Shown piece by piece: positions 25,741 through 35,069 of a stretch of 64,000 nucleotides of DNA (its first letter is position 1; every line of letters begins with the position of its first letter). This DNA is from Candidatus Multivorans sp. Lineage in GTDB: Bacteria > Acidobacteriota > Thermoanaerobaculia > Multivoradales > Multivoraceae. Both the position numbers and the translations under genes were made by a program. Under the pieces are notes generated by a model, which was not told the origin of the DNA, did no database searches, and was given only the letters and a program-made list of their open reading frames with translations. The stretch covers positions 4,983,676 to 5,047,675 of the forward strand of contig OZ245033.1 of assembly GCA_965224025.1 (NCBI GenBank). The letters run 5' to 3'.

Positions 25741-26246
25741 GGTTTCTGGTCAACGGCCCGACGCGGCTGGCCTACCGCGCCTGCGAGTCGCGCGACTTCG
25801 ACTCGCTGCACGAGATGATGCGCGGCACCCGTACCTGGGCGGCGCTGCATGCCGCCGTGGCCGCTCAACTCGACGCCGACGACGGCGACGACTACCGGGC
25901 GCTGGCGGCGGGATCGCGGGTCTTGATCGCCACGGACGGCGGCGCCGTCGTCGGCATGGTCCGGGCCGTTCTTTCCTCCGGCGAGCGCTGGACGGCGAAC
26001 GTGGAATCTCGCGGCGCCTCGGGCCAGGGCGAGCGCCCGCTCGAGTTCGCCGGTGACGCCTTGGCGTGGCTGCACCTGCTCGGCGTGGAGGCGGCCGAGG
26101 TCACGGCCTACTGCCGGGCGTGCCCGAGCCCGTTCCACGACGGCCTGGTGCCGCCCCGGAGGGTGTCCTGGTCGGCCGACCCGATCCCGCGCGACCCGCT
26201 GGGCTTGCCACGCGACCTGACCTGGGCCAGGGTGCAGACCGGCTAG
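25737..26246 (+). CDS. Hypothetical protein, weakly GNAT-like, last gene of the element
   Basis: GTGA overlap with the fibre stop; YRACESRDFDSL and VLIATDGGAVVG pattern. Confidence 0.5.
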   Translation: MRFLVNGPTRLAYRACESRDFDSLHEMMRGTRTWAALHAAVAAQLDADDGDDYRALAAGSRVLIATDGGAVVGMVRAVLSSGERWTANVESRGASGQGERPLEFAGDALAWLHLLGVEAAEVTAYCRACPSPFHDGLVPPRRVSWSADPIPRDPLGLPRDLTWARVQTG

Positions 26247-26352
26247 CTGTCGTCCTCCACCGCAGTGGGTCTCGCGACCTTCGACCTCGAACCGCGACTC
26301 ACGCCGTTCCCGCTGGCAGCCGGGGAATCGCCCGCAGGCCGACTGCACAGCG

Positions 26353-26416
26353 TTTCTCGCACTAATGCACAGTCGTTTCTCGCACTAATGGGGTCCATTT
26401 CTCGCACGAACCGAGT
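26353..26416 (-). repeat. Right-end repeats of the phage-like element
   Basis: TTTCTCGCAC(T/G)AA at 26353, 26376 and 26398 (23- and 22-bp spacing). Confidence 0.92.
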
Positions 26417-26704
26417 CTTCGGCGGCAGCGGACCAGAAGGTCCGCGCACCCAGAGACGGGCTGTGCCGTGAGCGGGCCTCTGTTCTGCAACCGTTGGAGC
26501 GACACTGCGAGCGGTGGGTTCGCAGTAGAGACTCTCGCTCCGGGAAAGGCCGTGCACTGGGTGCGCGGACCTGCCATCCGTGCACCCGATGACGGGCGCA
26601 CGGACTGGTTCGCGGGTGGCGCGGATCGCGCCACCCGGGTTCTGGTCCGCATCCGGGCGACGCCGCGAAGCGGCGAGCTATACAGCATCGCGCAGAATAG
26701 ACCC

Positions 26705-28099
26705 ATGTCCACCGTCCGGCAGGCCCTCGACACTCTCGACCGCGACGCGGCCGGCCGGTCGATGATGGACCTCGCCGTCGACCTGTACTCCATCCCCCGC
26801 AGCCTGACCGGCGACGGCGTCCGCGCCACACTCGACCAGATCGGCCGGCGAATCCCGCTCGAAGTGCACGAACTCCCCACCGGCACGAAGGTGCTCGACT
26901 GGACCGTGCCGCGCGAGTGGAATCCGCGCGCGGCGTGGATCCGCGATCCCGCGGGCGTACCGATCGTCGACTTCGCGGGCCACAACCTCCACCTGGTCGG
27001 CTACAGCGTCCCGGTCCACCGCCGGCTTTCCCTGAACGAGCTCCGACCCCATCTGCACAGCCTGCCGGAGCAGCCGGACCTGATCCCCTACCGCACCTCC
27101 TACTACGAGGAGGCGTGGGGTTTCTGCCTGCCGCACGAACTCCTCGAATCTCTCCCGGACGGCGAGTACGAAGTGTTCATCGACGCCTCGCTCGAAGACG
27201 GCTCGATGACCTGGGGCGAGTGCCTGCTGCCGGGGTCGAGCCCGGAGGAAGTTCTGATCTCGAGCCACGTCTGCCATCCCCAGTTGGCGAACGACAACCT
27301 CTCGGGAATCGCGGTCGCCGTCCATCTCGCCGAGGCGCTGGCCGCCGTGCCGGAGCGCCGCTACAGCTACCGCTTCCTGTTCGCGCCGGGCGGCATCGGA
27401 GCGATCGCCTGGCTGGCGCGGAACCGCGAGCGGCTCGCTACCTTCCGCCACGGCCTGATCGCCGCGAACCTGGGCGACGCGGGCGGCTTCCACTACAAGA
27501 AGAGCCGCCGCGGCGACGCCGAGATCGACCGCGCCGTGGCCGCGGCCATGGCCGGCCTGGGCGCAGAACTCGTCACCGAGGACTTCTTCCCCTTCGGCTA
27601 CGACGAGCGCCAGTACTGCTCGCCGGGCTTCGACCTGCCGGTCGGCGTGCTGACCCGGACCCCCTGGGGCCAATACCCCGAGTACCACACCTCCGCCGAC
27701 GACCTGGACTTCATCGGCGCCGAAGCCCTCGCCGGTTCGCTCGCCGCCTACCTCGCGGCCGCGGCCGTGCTCGAGGACGGCGCCGTCCAGGGCGGCAGTG
27801 AGGTCGAATCAGCGCCGCCGCGCGGTCGCCCTCTCGGCGTCCGCGCTTCCGCCCACAACCGCCGTTACCGCAACCTGGAGCCCTTTGGCGAACCCCAGCT
27901 CGGCCGCCGGGGCCTGTACGGCGGCATGGGCGGCGCCGGCCGCAAGGATCGTGAAATCGGCATGTTGTGGGTGCTCAACCAGAGCGACGGCGAGCAGTCG
28001 CTGTCGGACATCGCGGAACGGTCTGGTATGCCATTCGGCGCGATCAGCGAAGCCGCCGCCGCGTTGCGTGAGGCGGGTCTGCTGGAGGAGGTGGATTAG
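26705..28099 (+). CDS. DUF4910 aminopeptidase-like protein with C-terminal wHTH
   Basis: RSLTGDGVR, DWTVPREW, IPYRTSYY, ANDNLSG, DERQYCSPG, EYHTSAD, EPQLGRRGLY. Confidence 0.88.
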   Translation: MSTVRQALDTLDRDAAGRSMMDLAVDLYSIPRSLTGDGVRATLDQIGRRIPLEVHELPTGTKVLDWTVPREWNPRAAWIRDPAGVPIVDFAGHNLHLVGYSVPVHRRLSLNELRPHLHSLPEQPDLIPYRTSYYEEAWGFCLPHELLESLPDGEYEVFIDASLEDGSMTWGECLLPGSSPEEVLISSHVCHPQLANDNLSGIAVAVHLAEALAAVPERRYSYRFLFAPGGIGAIAWLARNRERLATFRHGLIAANLGDAGGFHYKKSRRGDAEIDRAVAAAMAGLGAELVTEDFFPFGYDERQYCSPGFDLPVGVLTRTPWGQYPEYHTSADDLDFIGAEALAGSLAAYLAAAAVLEDGAVQGGSEVESAPPRGRPLGVRASAHNRRYRNLEPFGEPQLGRRGLYGGMGGAGRKDREIGMLWVLNQSDGEQSLSDIAERSGMPFGAISEAAAALREAGLLEEVD

Positions 28100-28150
28100 G
28101 AGCGTGCGCCGCGAACATGGGGTACGCCGATCTTCCTGCCGCGCACGCTG

Positions 28151-30484
28151 CTACGGCGCCACGACCCTCATTGGCAGCCGCAACGGCGCCACCCCACGCC
28201 CCGCGAACCACGCGACCTGCTCGTACACCAGGTCGATCTCGAGCGTGTATTCGCCTGCCTCATCCGGCGCCCGGACCGGCAGCGTGATCGTCTCGAAGGC
28301 GCCCGAGCCCATGCGCGGCAACAGGCTGCGCGGGCCCTCCGGGCCGACCTGGGGGCCGGGCTCCCCGTCCTCGTCTTCCGAAGCCGCGATTCCCCGACGC
28401 CACCGGGCGCCCAGGTTGACTCCCACGGCGCCCTGGCGTTCCCACGCCACGTTCGACTCGTTGCTCACGCCCACGGGGAGTTGAACCTCGGCGCCCGCGG
28501 GCAGTGTGGCCGGCACCAGCCCCACGGTGCCGATCCGGGCCGCGAATACGTTGGCGTTCAGGTGCTCCTCGCTGCCCAGGATTCGCAACTCGGCGCCGAA
28601 GTAGAAGGTCTCCTCGGTCTCCCGGTTCCAGGCGTAGACGGCGCATGGGGCGGGCGGCCGAACCCTGGTCCACTTGGTCGGCGCGCCGCGCGCGGTCTCG
28701 ACGAGTACCCGATGGACATGGCTTCGGCGGCCGTCCCGCCGTCTCACCTTGTGGGGCTTCCCGGAGCGGAGCGTCACCCGTTGGGGCCGGTCGGCCTCGG
28801 CGACCTCCACGTCGACCCGGGCGCCGCCGTCCAGGCGGAGTCGGATGGTGTTCCCAGCGACCGGTGAGGAGACGCTCAACACCAGGCTGTCGAACCGGTG
28901 CCGGGACTCGATCAGGATCTCGCTCGGCCCGCGGGCTGCGACCCACCAGGACCCGCCGCGCGCCAGCACCCGGTCCGCCCGTCCCATGACCGACATGCCG
29001 GCCGCCGCCCTCCTCTCGTAGCCGGGCACGTTGCGCAGCGAAAACTCGAACGGCAGGTAGCGAAGCGGCGCGTTGCGCGTGTGCGCCTGCAGCGTTGGCG
29101 CGGGCACGGTGACGCCGAAGGGCGCCAGCACCATGGCGCCGACGAACAGGCCGGCCGCCGTGAAGCCCGCCGGCACGGTCCAGGGTGGGATCCGGCCCGG
29201 AACCAGGAACAGGAAGGCCGGGACGACGCTGACGAAGTAGCGGTTGCCGACGAAGCCGCCGCCGCCCTGCCAATTCCAGCCGATGAAGAGCAGGAAGTAG
29301 CCGGCGACAACAACCAGGGACAGGAGCAAGAGCCAGCGGTCCCGGTCGCGGCGACCGCCGAGCAGGAACAGGGCCAGGGCGATGCCGGCGAAGGGGTGGT
29401 AGGGCAGCAGGCCGGCGTGCCGGCCCACCAGGAAGTAGCCGACGTTCTCGACCACCTCCCCCACCGACTGGCGTGGGATGCGGAACAGCCACGTGAACGC
29501 GTTGCCGGTCGGCGACTCGGGGATCGTATTGGCGCTGGTCGAGCCGGCGATCGATCCCGGCTCGCCGGCGTTCCGCGCTTCCTCGATCCGGCGCGCCTCG
29601 ATGATTTCGGGCGGCCAGTCGCCGGGCTCGCACACCCGCACGGCGGCCCGCACGTCGGACCCGAGATAGGGCAGGAGCTGGCCCGTCATGCGCATGGACA
29701 TCGCCCCCAGCAGCGCCAGGGTGGCGGCGAAGCCGGCGGTCCAGATCGCGGCCGTCCGCCACTGCCGGCGCAGCAGGTAGGCGCCCGCCAGGGAGAGGGC
29801 GATCGCCGCGAACATCGGCTTGTTGTAGGTGGGAAGGGCGAGCAGCACGCCGGAGAGGGCGGTCAGCCACCAGGCCCGCCGCCGGTTCTCGAAGCCCCAG
29901 TACAGCGCGCCGAAGACACCGAACATGTTGAACACTTCGGGCTGCAGCCAGAACACGTAGCGGGAGCATGCCGAGAGCAGCAACAGGCCGCAGGCAAAGG
30001 CGGCGGCAGTTGCGGGCGCGGTGCGGCGGGCGAGGAAGACCGCGGCCAGCCACAGCATGGCGACGAACAGCGCCATGTTGAGGAACACCATCCCGTTGGC
30101 GCCGAAGAGCGCCGCGAAGGGGGCGGCGAACAGCGGGTAGGCGAGCGGCTTGCCGTAGTGCGCGGTGCTCCAGGCGTCGGACGTCATCAGGATCAGGTTG
30201 TGGGTGGAGGCGAAGGGGAACTCCTCCAGCAACCGATCGCCGTCCGCCGGCAGGTAGCGCAGGTCGAAGTCGCGGGCGAGGCTCAGCGCCATCAGGTAGT
30301 AGGCTGGCTCGTCGGCCTTGAGCGTCGGAGGCTGGCCTGGTTTGCCGATCGTGAGCGGCACCGCGAGCAGGAAGCAACTCAGGGCGGCCAGGGTCACGAC
30401 CGCGGGCCTGCTGGCGAACAATCCCTCGCGGCGCCGGAGCAGAGAACGGAGACCCTTCGTCAACCCGCCGGTGGCCGCGGTCAC
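28151..30484 (-). CDS. Multi-pass membrane protein, probable GT-C-type glycosyltransferase
   Basis: KADEPAYY first-loop DE motif, many TM helices, GGGGFVGNRYF. Confidence 0.65.
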   Translation of the reverse strand: MTAATGGLTKGLRSLLRRREGLFASRPAVVTLAALSCFLLAVPLTIGKPGQPPTLKADEPAYYLMALSLARDFDLRYLPADGDRLLEEFPFASTHNLILMTSDAWSTAHYGKPLAYPLFAAPFAALFGANGMVFLNMALFVAMLWLAAVFLARRTAPATAAAFACGLLLLSACSRYVFWLQPEVFNMFGVFGALYWGFENRRRAWWLTALSGVLLALPTYNKPMFAAIALSLAGAYLLRRQWRTAAIWTAGFAATLALLGAMSMRMTGQLLPYLGSDVRAAVRVCEPGDWPPEIIEARRIEEARNAGEPGSIAGSTSANTIPESPTGNAFTWLFRIPRQSVGEVVENVGYFLVGRHAGLLPYHPFAGIALALFLLGGRRDRDRWLLLLSLVVVAGYFLLFIGWNWQGGGGFVGNRYFVSVVPAFLFLVPGRIPPWTVPAGFTAAGLFVGAMVLAPFGVTVPAPTLQAHTRNAPLRYLPFEFSLRNVPGYERRAAAGMSVMGRADRVLARGGSWWVAARGPSEILIESRHRFDSLVLSVSSPVAGNTIRLRLDGGARVDVEVAEADRPQRVTLRSGKPHKVRRRDGRRSHVHRVLVETARGAPTKWTRVRPPAPCAVYAWNRETEETFYFGAELRILGSEEHLNANVFAARIGTVGLVPATLPAGAEVQLPVGVSNESNVAWERQGAVGVNLGARWRRGIAASEDEDGEPGPQVGPEGPRSLLPRMGSGAFETITLPVRAPDEAGEYTLEIDLVYEQVAWFAGRGVAPLRLPMRVVAP

Positions 30485-31533
30485 GGCCGGACCTCGCGCG
30501 GCGTCCCGGACACCGATCGCCAGCCTCCGGCCTCGGGCCAGCGCGCGCGCAGAAGACCCGAGGAGGGATCCAGGTCAACCACGGGCGTCGCTTCGGCCGG
30601 CGCCGCGAACTCCACGGACGACCCGGGTCCGGACGCCATCCATGTTCGCGGCGCCCCACGGAGGAAGAGGAGCGTGTCACCGTTCCGGACCCACTCGGGG
30701 TAGAGCGAGTCGGGCGGCGCCGCCCACCTCTCGTTCCGCCACTCTCCCTGTTCGAACCGCGCCGTCCGCACCCGGTAGACACTCCCGTCGTAACGGCTCC
30801 AGGCCACCGCGGCGCCCTCCGGCGTGACCAGCAGCCGGGGCGTGATGTCGGGCACCCGGTTGTCCGGCGAGACCCGTCCGCCGGTCCAGCTTCCGTCCGG
30901 CTGTCCCAGCCGCCAGACCAGATCGTCGTCGTTGCCGTCGAAGGCGGACCAGACGAGCAGCCAGGCGCCGTCCGCGAGTACGGCGGCGTCGAGCGCGGTC
31001 TGCGATCCGGGCCCGGCGCCGACCAGGCGGGTCGCCGGCTGGAGATCTCCGTCGCGATACGGGGACAGCCACACCTCCTGGGCACGGGGCCGGGTTGCTT
31101 CGAGCCAGGCGAGTCCCCGCAGCGGTGCCGGGGTAGTGTCCGCCAGCCAGCGTGCGGAGGCGATCTGGATCGCGCCGCGCGAGCGCTCGGGCGGCGCAAG
31201 AGCCCGGACCTGGCCGTCCCGGCCACCGTGGAGCCTCAGGCGGGGTCCGTTCCCGTCCACGGCGATTCCCGCTACCGCCCATTCCCGCACGCCCTCCGGG
31301 TCGCGGCCGAGCAGCACCAGATCGTCGTAGCGCACGGATGTCCCCGGTGGTGCCGTCGCGGGCAGTTCCACGGCCTGGTCGGGGCCCAGCCACAGCGTCG
31401 GTTGCCCGGTCGTCGCCTGCAGGTGAGCCCAGTCCTGTCCCCGATAGGCGGTCAGCCCGTCGGCGGCGAGACCCGGCGGGAACCCGGCGCTCCAGGCAAG
31501 GAACGCCAGCGTCAGGCAGAGCGGCCTTCGCAT
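30481..31533 (-). CDS. Hypothetical secreted protein
   Basis: Signal-like MRRPLCLTLAFLAWSAG; overlaps the next start by 4 bp. Confidence 0.6.
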   Translation of the reverse strand: MRRPLCLTLAFLAWSAGFPPGLAADGLTAYRGQDWAHLQATTGQPTLWLGPDQAVELPATAPPGTSVRYDDLVLLGRDPEGVREWAVAGIAVDGNGPRLRLHGGRDGQVRALAPPERSRGAIQIASARWLADTTPAPLRGLAWLEATRPRAQEVWLSPYRDGDLQPATRLVGAGPGSQTALDAAVLADGAWLLVWSAFDGNDDDLVWRLGQPDGSWTGGRVSPDNRVPDITPRLLVTPEGAAVAWSRYDGSVYRVRTARFEQGEWRNERWAAPPDSLYPEWVRNGDTLLFLRGAPRTWMASGPGSSVEFAAPAEATPVVDLDPSSGLLRARWPEAGGWRSVSGTPREVRP

Positions 31534-31629
31534 CGGTCTCAGCTTACCGGGCGGTCCCACACGGTGCTGCACTACGTGGCGCCTTGCAGGAACCAAGCCT
31601 CGCGGGGTGCGGGCCGGTAAGCTCCGCGC

Positions 31630-32361
31630 GTGTCGAGGTTTGCCGAGCGGGTCGCGGTCGTGGCCGGCGCCACGGGGGCGATCGGCGGCGCGGTCGCCCG
31701 CCGGCTGGCGGGCGAGGGCGCTTCCCTGGTGCTCCTGGGTCGGGACCCGGCGCGTCTTCGGGCGATCGCGGGCGAGCTGAAGGGAACGGGCGGCTTCATC
31801 CGGACCGTGGCCGGCGACCTCACCGAAGCCGCGGTGATCGACGCCGCCGGGGCTGAGTCTGAGTCGCTCGGCGGCGGTATCGATCTGCTGGTGCATGCGG
31901 CGGGCGCCTTTCGCGCGGGCGCCTTCGAGACGGCGCCGGCCGGCGATCTCGACCACCAGCTCGCGGTCAACACGCGCGCTCCGTACCTCTTGACCCGGCG
32001 GCTGCTTTCCGATCTCCGCCACCGCGGAGGCCTGGTGGTGTTCGTCAACTCGACGGCGGGGCTTGTGGCCGGGGCGGGGAGCGCCGCGTATGCCGCCAGC
32101 AAACACGCCTTGAGGGCTCTGGCGGATGCCCTGCGCGCCGAGGTCAACGCGGACGGCGTTCGCGTGCTGAGCGTCTATCCCGGCCGCACGCGGAGCCGTA
32201 TGCAGCAGGATGTCTGCCGCAGCCTGGGCCAGCACTACGACGCGGAGCGCTTCCTCGACCCGGGCGACGTGGCGTCGGCGATCGTCGAGGCGGCGGCTCT
32301 GCCCTCGTCGGCCGAGATGGTCGACTTCCGGCTCCGCCCCGCGGTCAAACCGCGGCTGTAG
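31630..32361 (+). CDS. Short-chain dehydrogenase/reductase
   Basis: GATGAIG, NSTAG, YAASK. Confidence 0.92.
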   Translation: MSRFAERVAVVAGATGAIGGAVARRLAGEGASLVLLGRDPARLRAIAGELKGTGGFIRTVAGDLTEAAVIDAAGAESESLGGGIDLLVHAAGAFRAGAFETAPAGDLDHQLAVNTRAPYLLTRRLLSDLRHRGGLVVFVNSTAGLVAGAGSAAYAASKHALRALADALRAEVNADGVRVLSVYPGRTRSRMQQDVCRSLGQHYDAERFLDPGDVASAIVEAAALPSSAEMVDFRLRPAVKPRL

Positions 32362-32406
32362 CGGTCAGGTTGCCGCCGCGAAGCGGCGACCATCCTGCGG
32401 CGCCAG

Positions 32407-33882
32407 TTACCTCCCGTCCGCCGCCGGCTGCTTCCGTGACGTCACTACGTACCCCAGCGCCTTCAGCCGCTCCAGTTCCTCCGGCGCGATCACCGGTTCG
32501 CCCCGCTCGGCGAGCAGGGCCGCCCGGTCCACGCCGTTCGCCGCCTGCCAGCGACTCTGCAGCCGGCGTGCGAAGTCGTCCTCGGCGGGAACTGGCTGGA
32601 TCGTTCCGTCCGGGGACCACTCGAACGACTCCAGTTGCGGGCGGGTCCCCGGGGCGCCCCTCAGCGGCGGAACTGTCTCGAACCGCCGTTCGAGTCGGCC
32701 CACGAGTTCCTCGGGCGCCTCTGTCAGCGGCGCCGACGGTTCGCCGTCCGCGAGCGCCAGCATCGCGTCGTAGTACCGGTCCTCCGCCGGCGCGAACCGG
32801 CTCTTCCACACCAGTTGGCGCCCCTCCTCGACCAGGGACAGTTGGTTCTCGCCGTTGCCCACGTAGAGCTCCGACAGGGCGCCCGCATGGCTCGGCTCGA
32901 ACAGGCTCGGCGGACTGCCCGGCGGCGGCGTCCCTCCCGCGGCCTCGATCAGGGTCGAGAAGAGGCGGTAGTTGGCGACCACGGGTCCGGGGTCGGGCGG
33001 CCGGGTCCAGCCGGCCGGCAGCTTGACGATCAGCGGCACCTCGATCAGCACCCGGTGCAGGCTGCCGCCGTGCAGGACCTGGCCGTTCTCGCCGAACTCC
33101 TCGCCGTGGTCCGAGGTCACGGCGATCAGGGCGTCGTCGAAGTGGCCGCTCTCGCGCAGCGCCTCCAGCATGGCGCCGACCTGAGCGTCCGCGTGGGCCG
33201 CGTTCAGTTGGTAGAGCTGCCAGGCGCGCTCCCCCAGGTTCGCGTCGAGCGGGATGGCCGGATCGGCGAACTGCCTCATCTGCAGGGGCGTGATCCGTTC
33301 CGGCAGGTCGTCGCGGGGAGCCGTCAGGCGGTCGAGGTACGGAGCATGGAGACGGTATGGCGCGTGCGGGGGCAACACGTGCATCCAGACGAACTGGGGA
33401 CCCCCGTCCAGGGCGCGGAGAATTTCGGTCACGCGTTCCATCCGGGTCACCGGGCCGAAGTGTTGGAAGCCGCGAACGTAGCCGAACGTCCGGGCGAGCC
33501 AACCGTTGGAGCGGAAGGCGGTATTCTGGAAACCGAGGTCGCGGAGGATCTCCGGCAGGGTCGGCAGGTCCTCCCGAAGGCGTGCGCGCGCGCCGTGCCA
33601 ACTGCCATGTCGCCAGGGTTGCCGTCCGGTGAACAGCGACGCCATGGACGGCACCGTCCAGCTCGAACTCGCGATCGCGGCGCCGGCCCAGTCCGCGCCG
33701 GCGGCCAGACGGTCGATGTGCGGCATCAGGCCGCTCCCGACCAGGTCGGCGCGCAGCGCGTCGATCGTGATCAGGACGATCGGCCCGCGGTGGACCGGCG
33801 GCGCTTCGGAGCAACCGGCGGTCAGGGTCGCGACGGCCAGGAGTCCGGCAGCGGTTCGGGTTCCGGTCGGGCGGCGCCTCAT
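32407..33882 (-). CDS. Sulfatase-family lipoprotein
   Basis: LTAGC lipobox, ITIDALRAD, WTVPSMASLFTG, TSDHGEEF, LKALGY. Confidence 0.85.
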   Translation of the reverse strand: MRRRPTGTRTAAGLLAVATLTAGCSEAPPVHRGPIVLITIDALRADLVGSGLMPHIDRLAAGADWAGAAIASSSWTVPSMASLFTGRQPWRHGSWHGARARLREDLPTLPEILRDLGFQNTAFRSNGWLARTFGYVRGFQHFGPVTRMERVTEILRALDGGPQFVWMHVLPPHAPYRLHAPYLDRLTAPRDDLPERITPLQMRQFADPAIPLDANLGERAWQLYQLNAAHADAQVGAMLEALRESGHFDDALIAVTSDHGEEFGENGQVLHGGSLHRVLIEVPLIVKLPAGWTRPPDPGPVVANYRLFSTLIEAAGGTPPPGSPPSLFEPSHAGALSELYVGNGENQLSLVEEGRQLVWKSRFAPAEDRYYDAMLALADGEPSAPLTEAPEELVGRLERRFETVPPLRGAPGTRPQLESFEWSPDGTIQPVPAEDDFARRLQSRWQAANGVDRAALLAERGEPVIAPEELERLKALGYVVTSRKQPAADGR

Positions 33883-34087
33883 GCCGGCTACCTTATGGCC
33901 GATTCGGGTGCGCTCGTCTCCTGGCCGGCAGAGTCGTCCACTTCGGCTCGGTAGGTAGTGGTACTAGATTCCTTGAACGAGCGTGGTCTTTACAGTTGAG
34001 GCAAGTTTCACCCAGAGCCATGCATCGATACGTCGGCTCGCGTAGCCCGCAAGGACATGCTCGTCGGTCTGAGGCGAAGCCTCGCTA

Positions 34088-35065
34088 GTGTAGTGTCTCC
34101 GACATGGGCTAACAACTTTGGGCAAGTTCGTCAGTATTCCGTTCATGTGGGAACCAGCGGAACGACTTCACATCGAAGAGAGCGATCGAGCGCTTCTCAA
34201 GAAATGGATAGAGGCGCCGACGACGCCGCAACGCACGGTCCGGCGTAGCCGGATCGTGCTTGCCGCGGCGGAGGGCGCGGCCAATCGGGCGATCGCGGCG
34301 AAACTCGGAGTTTCGCGGCCCACGGTGCTGCTGTGGCGTCGTCGATTCGCGGAGGACGGACCTTCGGGGCTGACCAGGGATCGTCCCCGCGGTTGCGGAA
34401 AGCCGCCGCTCTCGGAGTCGGTCGTGCGTAAAGTGATCGAAGCGACGCTGCACGAGAAGCCGCCCGGTCAGACCCACTGGAGCGTGCGTTCGATGGCTCG
34501 GGCCCGGGGCATCGGTCCGGCGGCGGTCCAGCGCATCTGGGCGGCGCACGGTCTGAAGCCTCATCTGGTCAAGACGTTCAAGCTGAGCAACGACCCCAGG
34601 TTGGTGGAAAAGCTGCGGGGCGTTGTGGGCCTGCACCGGAATCCGCCCGAGAACGCGCTTGTGCCGTGCGTGGACGAGAAGAGCCAGATCCAGGCTCTGG
34701 ACCGGACCCAGCCGGGCTTGCGGCTCAAGCGCGGCCGCGCGGGAACGATGACCCACGACTACAAGCGCGACGGGACGACGACGTTGTTCGCTGCGCTGAA
34801 CGTGTTGGAGGGCACGGTGATCGCGGAGTGCATGGGCCGGCAGCGCCACCAGGAGTGGCTCAACCTGGTCGAACGCTGGCTGGGCGGTCTGGCCACGAAG
34901 GCGATCCGGCGCGGTGCATTCCAGAGCGTCAACGACCTCGTAAAGACCATCTACGACTACGTGGAGCACAGCAACAGAAACTCCCGGCCGTTCGTCTGGA
35001 CGGCCACCGCCGACAGCATCGTCGCAAAGGCCACGCATGGTAAAGCCATGTTGGAGACAGTACAC
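34088..35065 (+). mobile_element. IS630-family element, internally deleted
   Basis: IRs GTGTAGTGTCTCCGACATGG / CCATGTTGGAGACAGTACAC, flanked by TA in a CTAG context. Confidence 0.88.
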
Positions 35066-35068
35066 TAG
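34146..35068 (+). pseudogene. IS630 transposase lacking the second DDE Asp region
   Basis: THWSVR, DEKSQIQALDR and THDYKR present; RHQE runs directly into WLNLVERW. Confidence 0.8.
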
Positions 35069-35069
35069 G

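Larger units (their letters stand above)
11062..26416 (+). mobile_element. Defective (tail-only) transposable-phage-like element, copy 1
   Basis: Inverted ends AGTCGGTTAGTGCGAGAAA / TTTCTCGCACGAACCGAGT; CTT at 11059-11061 and 26417-26419; GemA-like and tail genes inside; right end repeated at 61731-64000. Confidence 0.85.
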
